Shown: piece by piece, positions 63,214 to 64,000 of the stretch
Layout of the letters: each line of letters starts with the position of its first letter
Numbering within the stretch: the first letter of the stretch is position 1
From: Scenedesmus sp. PABB004
Taxonomy: Eukaryota
DNA length: 64,000 bases
Direction of reading: 5' to 3'
Assembly: GCA_014905635.1 (NCBI GenBank)
Contig: JABVCE010000028.1
Span: 1 to 64,000 of the forward strand
Made by a program: the position numbers and the translations under genes
The notes under the pieces: generated by a model
What the model saw: the letters and a program-made list of their open reading frames with translations, nothing else
Told to the model about the DNA's origin: nothing
Databases searched by the model: none

Positions 63214-64000
63214 ATGGCGTCGTCGTTCAAGGCCACCGAGAAGTACCGGTGCACGCTCCTCTCGCCCGACGGCGGCTCCGAGCGCGTCACGGTGCAGCTG
63301 TCCATCGAGGGGCTGAAGATTCTGAACGCCGACGCCAGCCGCACGATGCGTTCCTACAACCTGCGCAACGTGGCGCGCTGGGAGCTCATGGACACATCCA
63401 CGGTCATCTGGACCAAGACCGACGTGGACCTCGAGGAGCGCCCGCTCACGCTCTCCAGCGACCCCACCACCATCCGCAACGTCGTCGACACGCTGGCCTG
63501 CTGCTGCATGCAGTGAGCGGCGCGCGGCGGCGGCGCAAGCACGCGCAGCAGCGGCGGCGCCGCTGCTCGCTGCCCGCCCCGCCGCGCCGCGCCGCGCCGC
63601 GCTGCGCGCCCACCGCCCCTGCGCCGCCGCGCCGCCAGGCTGGCGGAGTTCATCAAGGACAAGGAGGCCGACCACGCGGCGGCCAGCAACCTGGAGGAGC
63701 TGGCCGCGGGCGGCGGGCGCACGCGGCGCGCGGCCAAGGTGCGTGCGCCACGCCAGCGGCGACGCCGCGGCGCCAGCCCCGCGCGCCAGCGGCGGCGGCG
63801 GATCGCGGCGCGCCGCGCGCGCCGCCGGGCGCCGGCCCCGCCGCAGCGGCCGCGCCGCGCCGGGCGCCGGCCGCGCTGCAGCGCGCGGCGCGCGTCCATG
63901 CGGCCAGCTGCCGGCGGGCGCGCGCGCGCCGACGCCGCGCCGCCCGCGGCCGCAGCTGCCGTCGGTGGACAGCGTTGAGTACTGGCGGTCGCCGGAGAAG
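63214..64000 (+). CDS. PH-domain protein, truncated by the window edge
   Basis: Exon 1 resembles the FREE1-type PH-like domain (LSIEGLKIL..SRTMRSY..WTKTDVDLE); exon 3 VEYWRSPEK resembles the start of plant PH1-type domains. Confidence 0.7.

Overview
Left end of a very GC-rich (visually ~80% GC) green-algal nuclear chromosome. The TTTAGGG telomere, TGTAA poly(A) signals, OPR gene and plastid-targeted proteins point to Chlorophyta, probably Sphaeropleales (inference). After ~250 bp of telomere there is almost no subtelomere: about 25 mostly intron-rich protein genes are packed at ~2.5 kb each. In order they are a multi-domain C5 DNA methyltransferase, BASS transporter, disordered protein, PrxII, coiled-coil protein, VPS9, OPR protein, RBX1-like, PRMT3, GSNOR/ADH3, saccharopine-dehydrogenase-like, VOC protein, hypothetical, SGNH esterase, two small proteins, STE20 kinase, AKR-like, RBM45-like, ARM protein, glyoxalase I, pescadillo, Tudor-like/SIM protein, DEG15 and a truncated PH protein. 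Most long ORFs in the supplied track are GC artefacts. Gene spans were reconstructed by hand from splice sites, so their ends are approximate. The most notable observations are a candidate box C/D snoRNA in a pescadillo intron with 13-nt 18S complementarity, two intact alternative C-terminal exon sets in BASS, a DNMT-PWWP-CXXC-Tudor gene next to the telomere, unusually frequent GC-AG introns, a palindrome-packed intron, and three single-G frameshifts in G runs. Family assignments come from motif recognition, not database searches.
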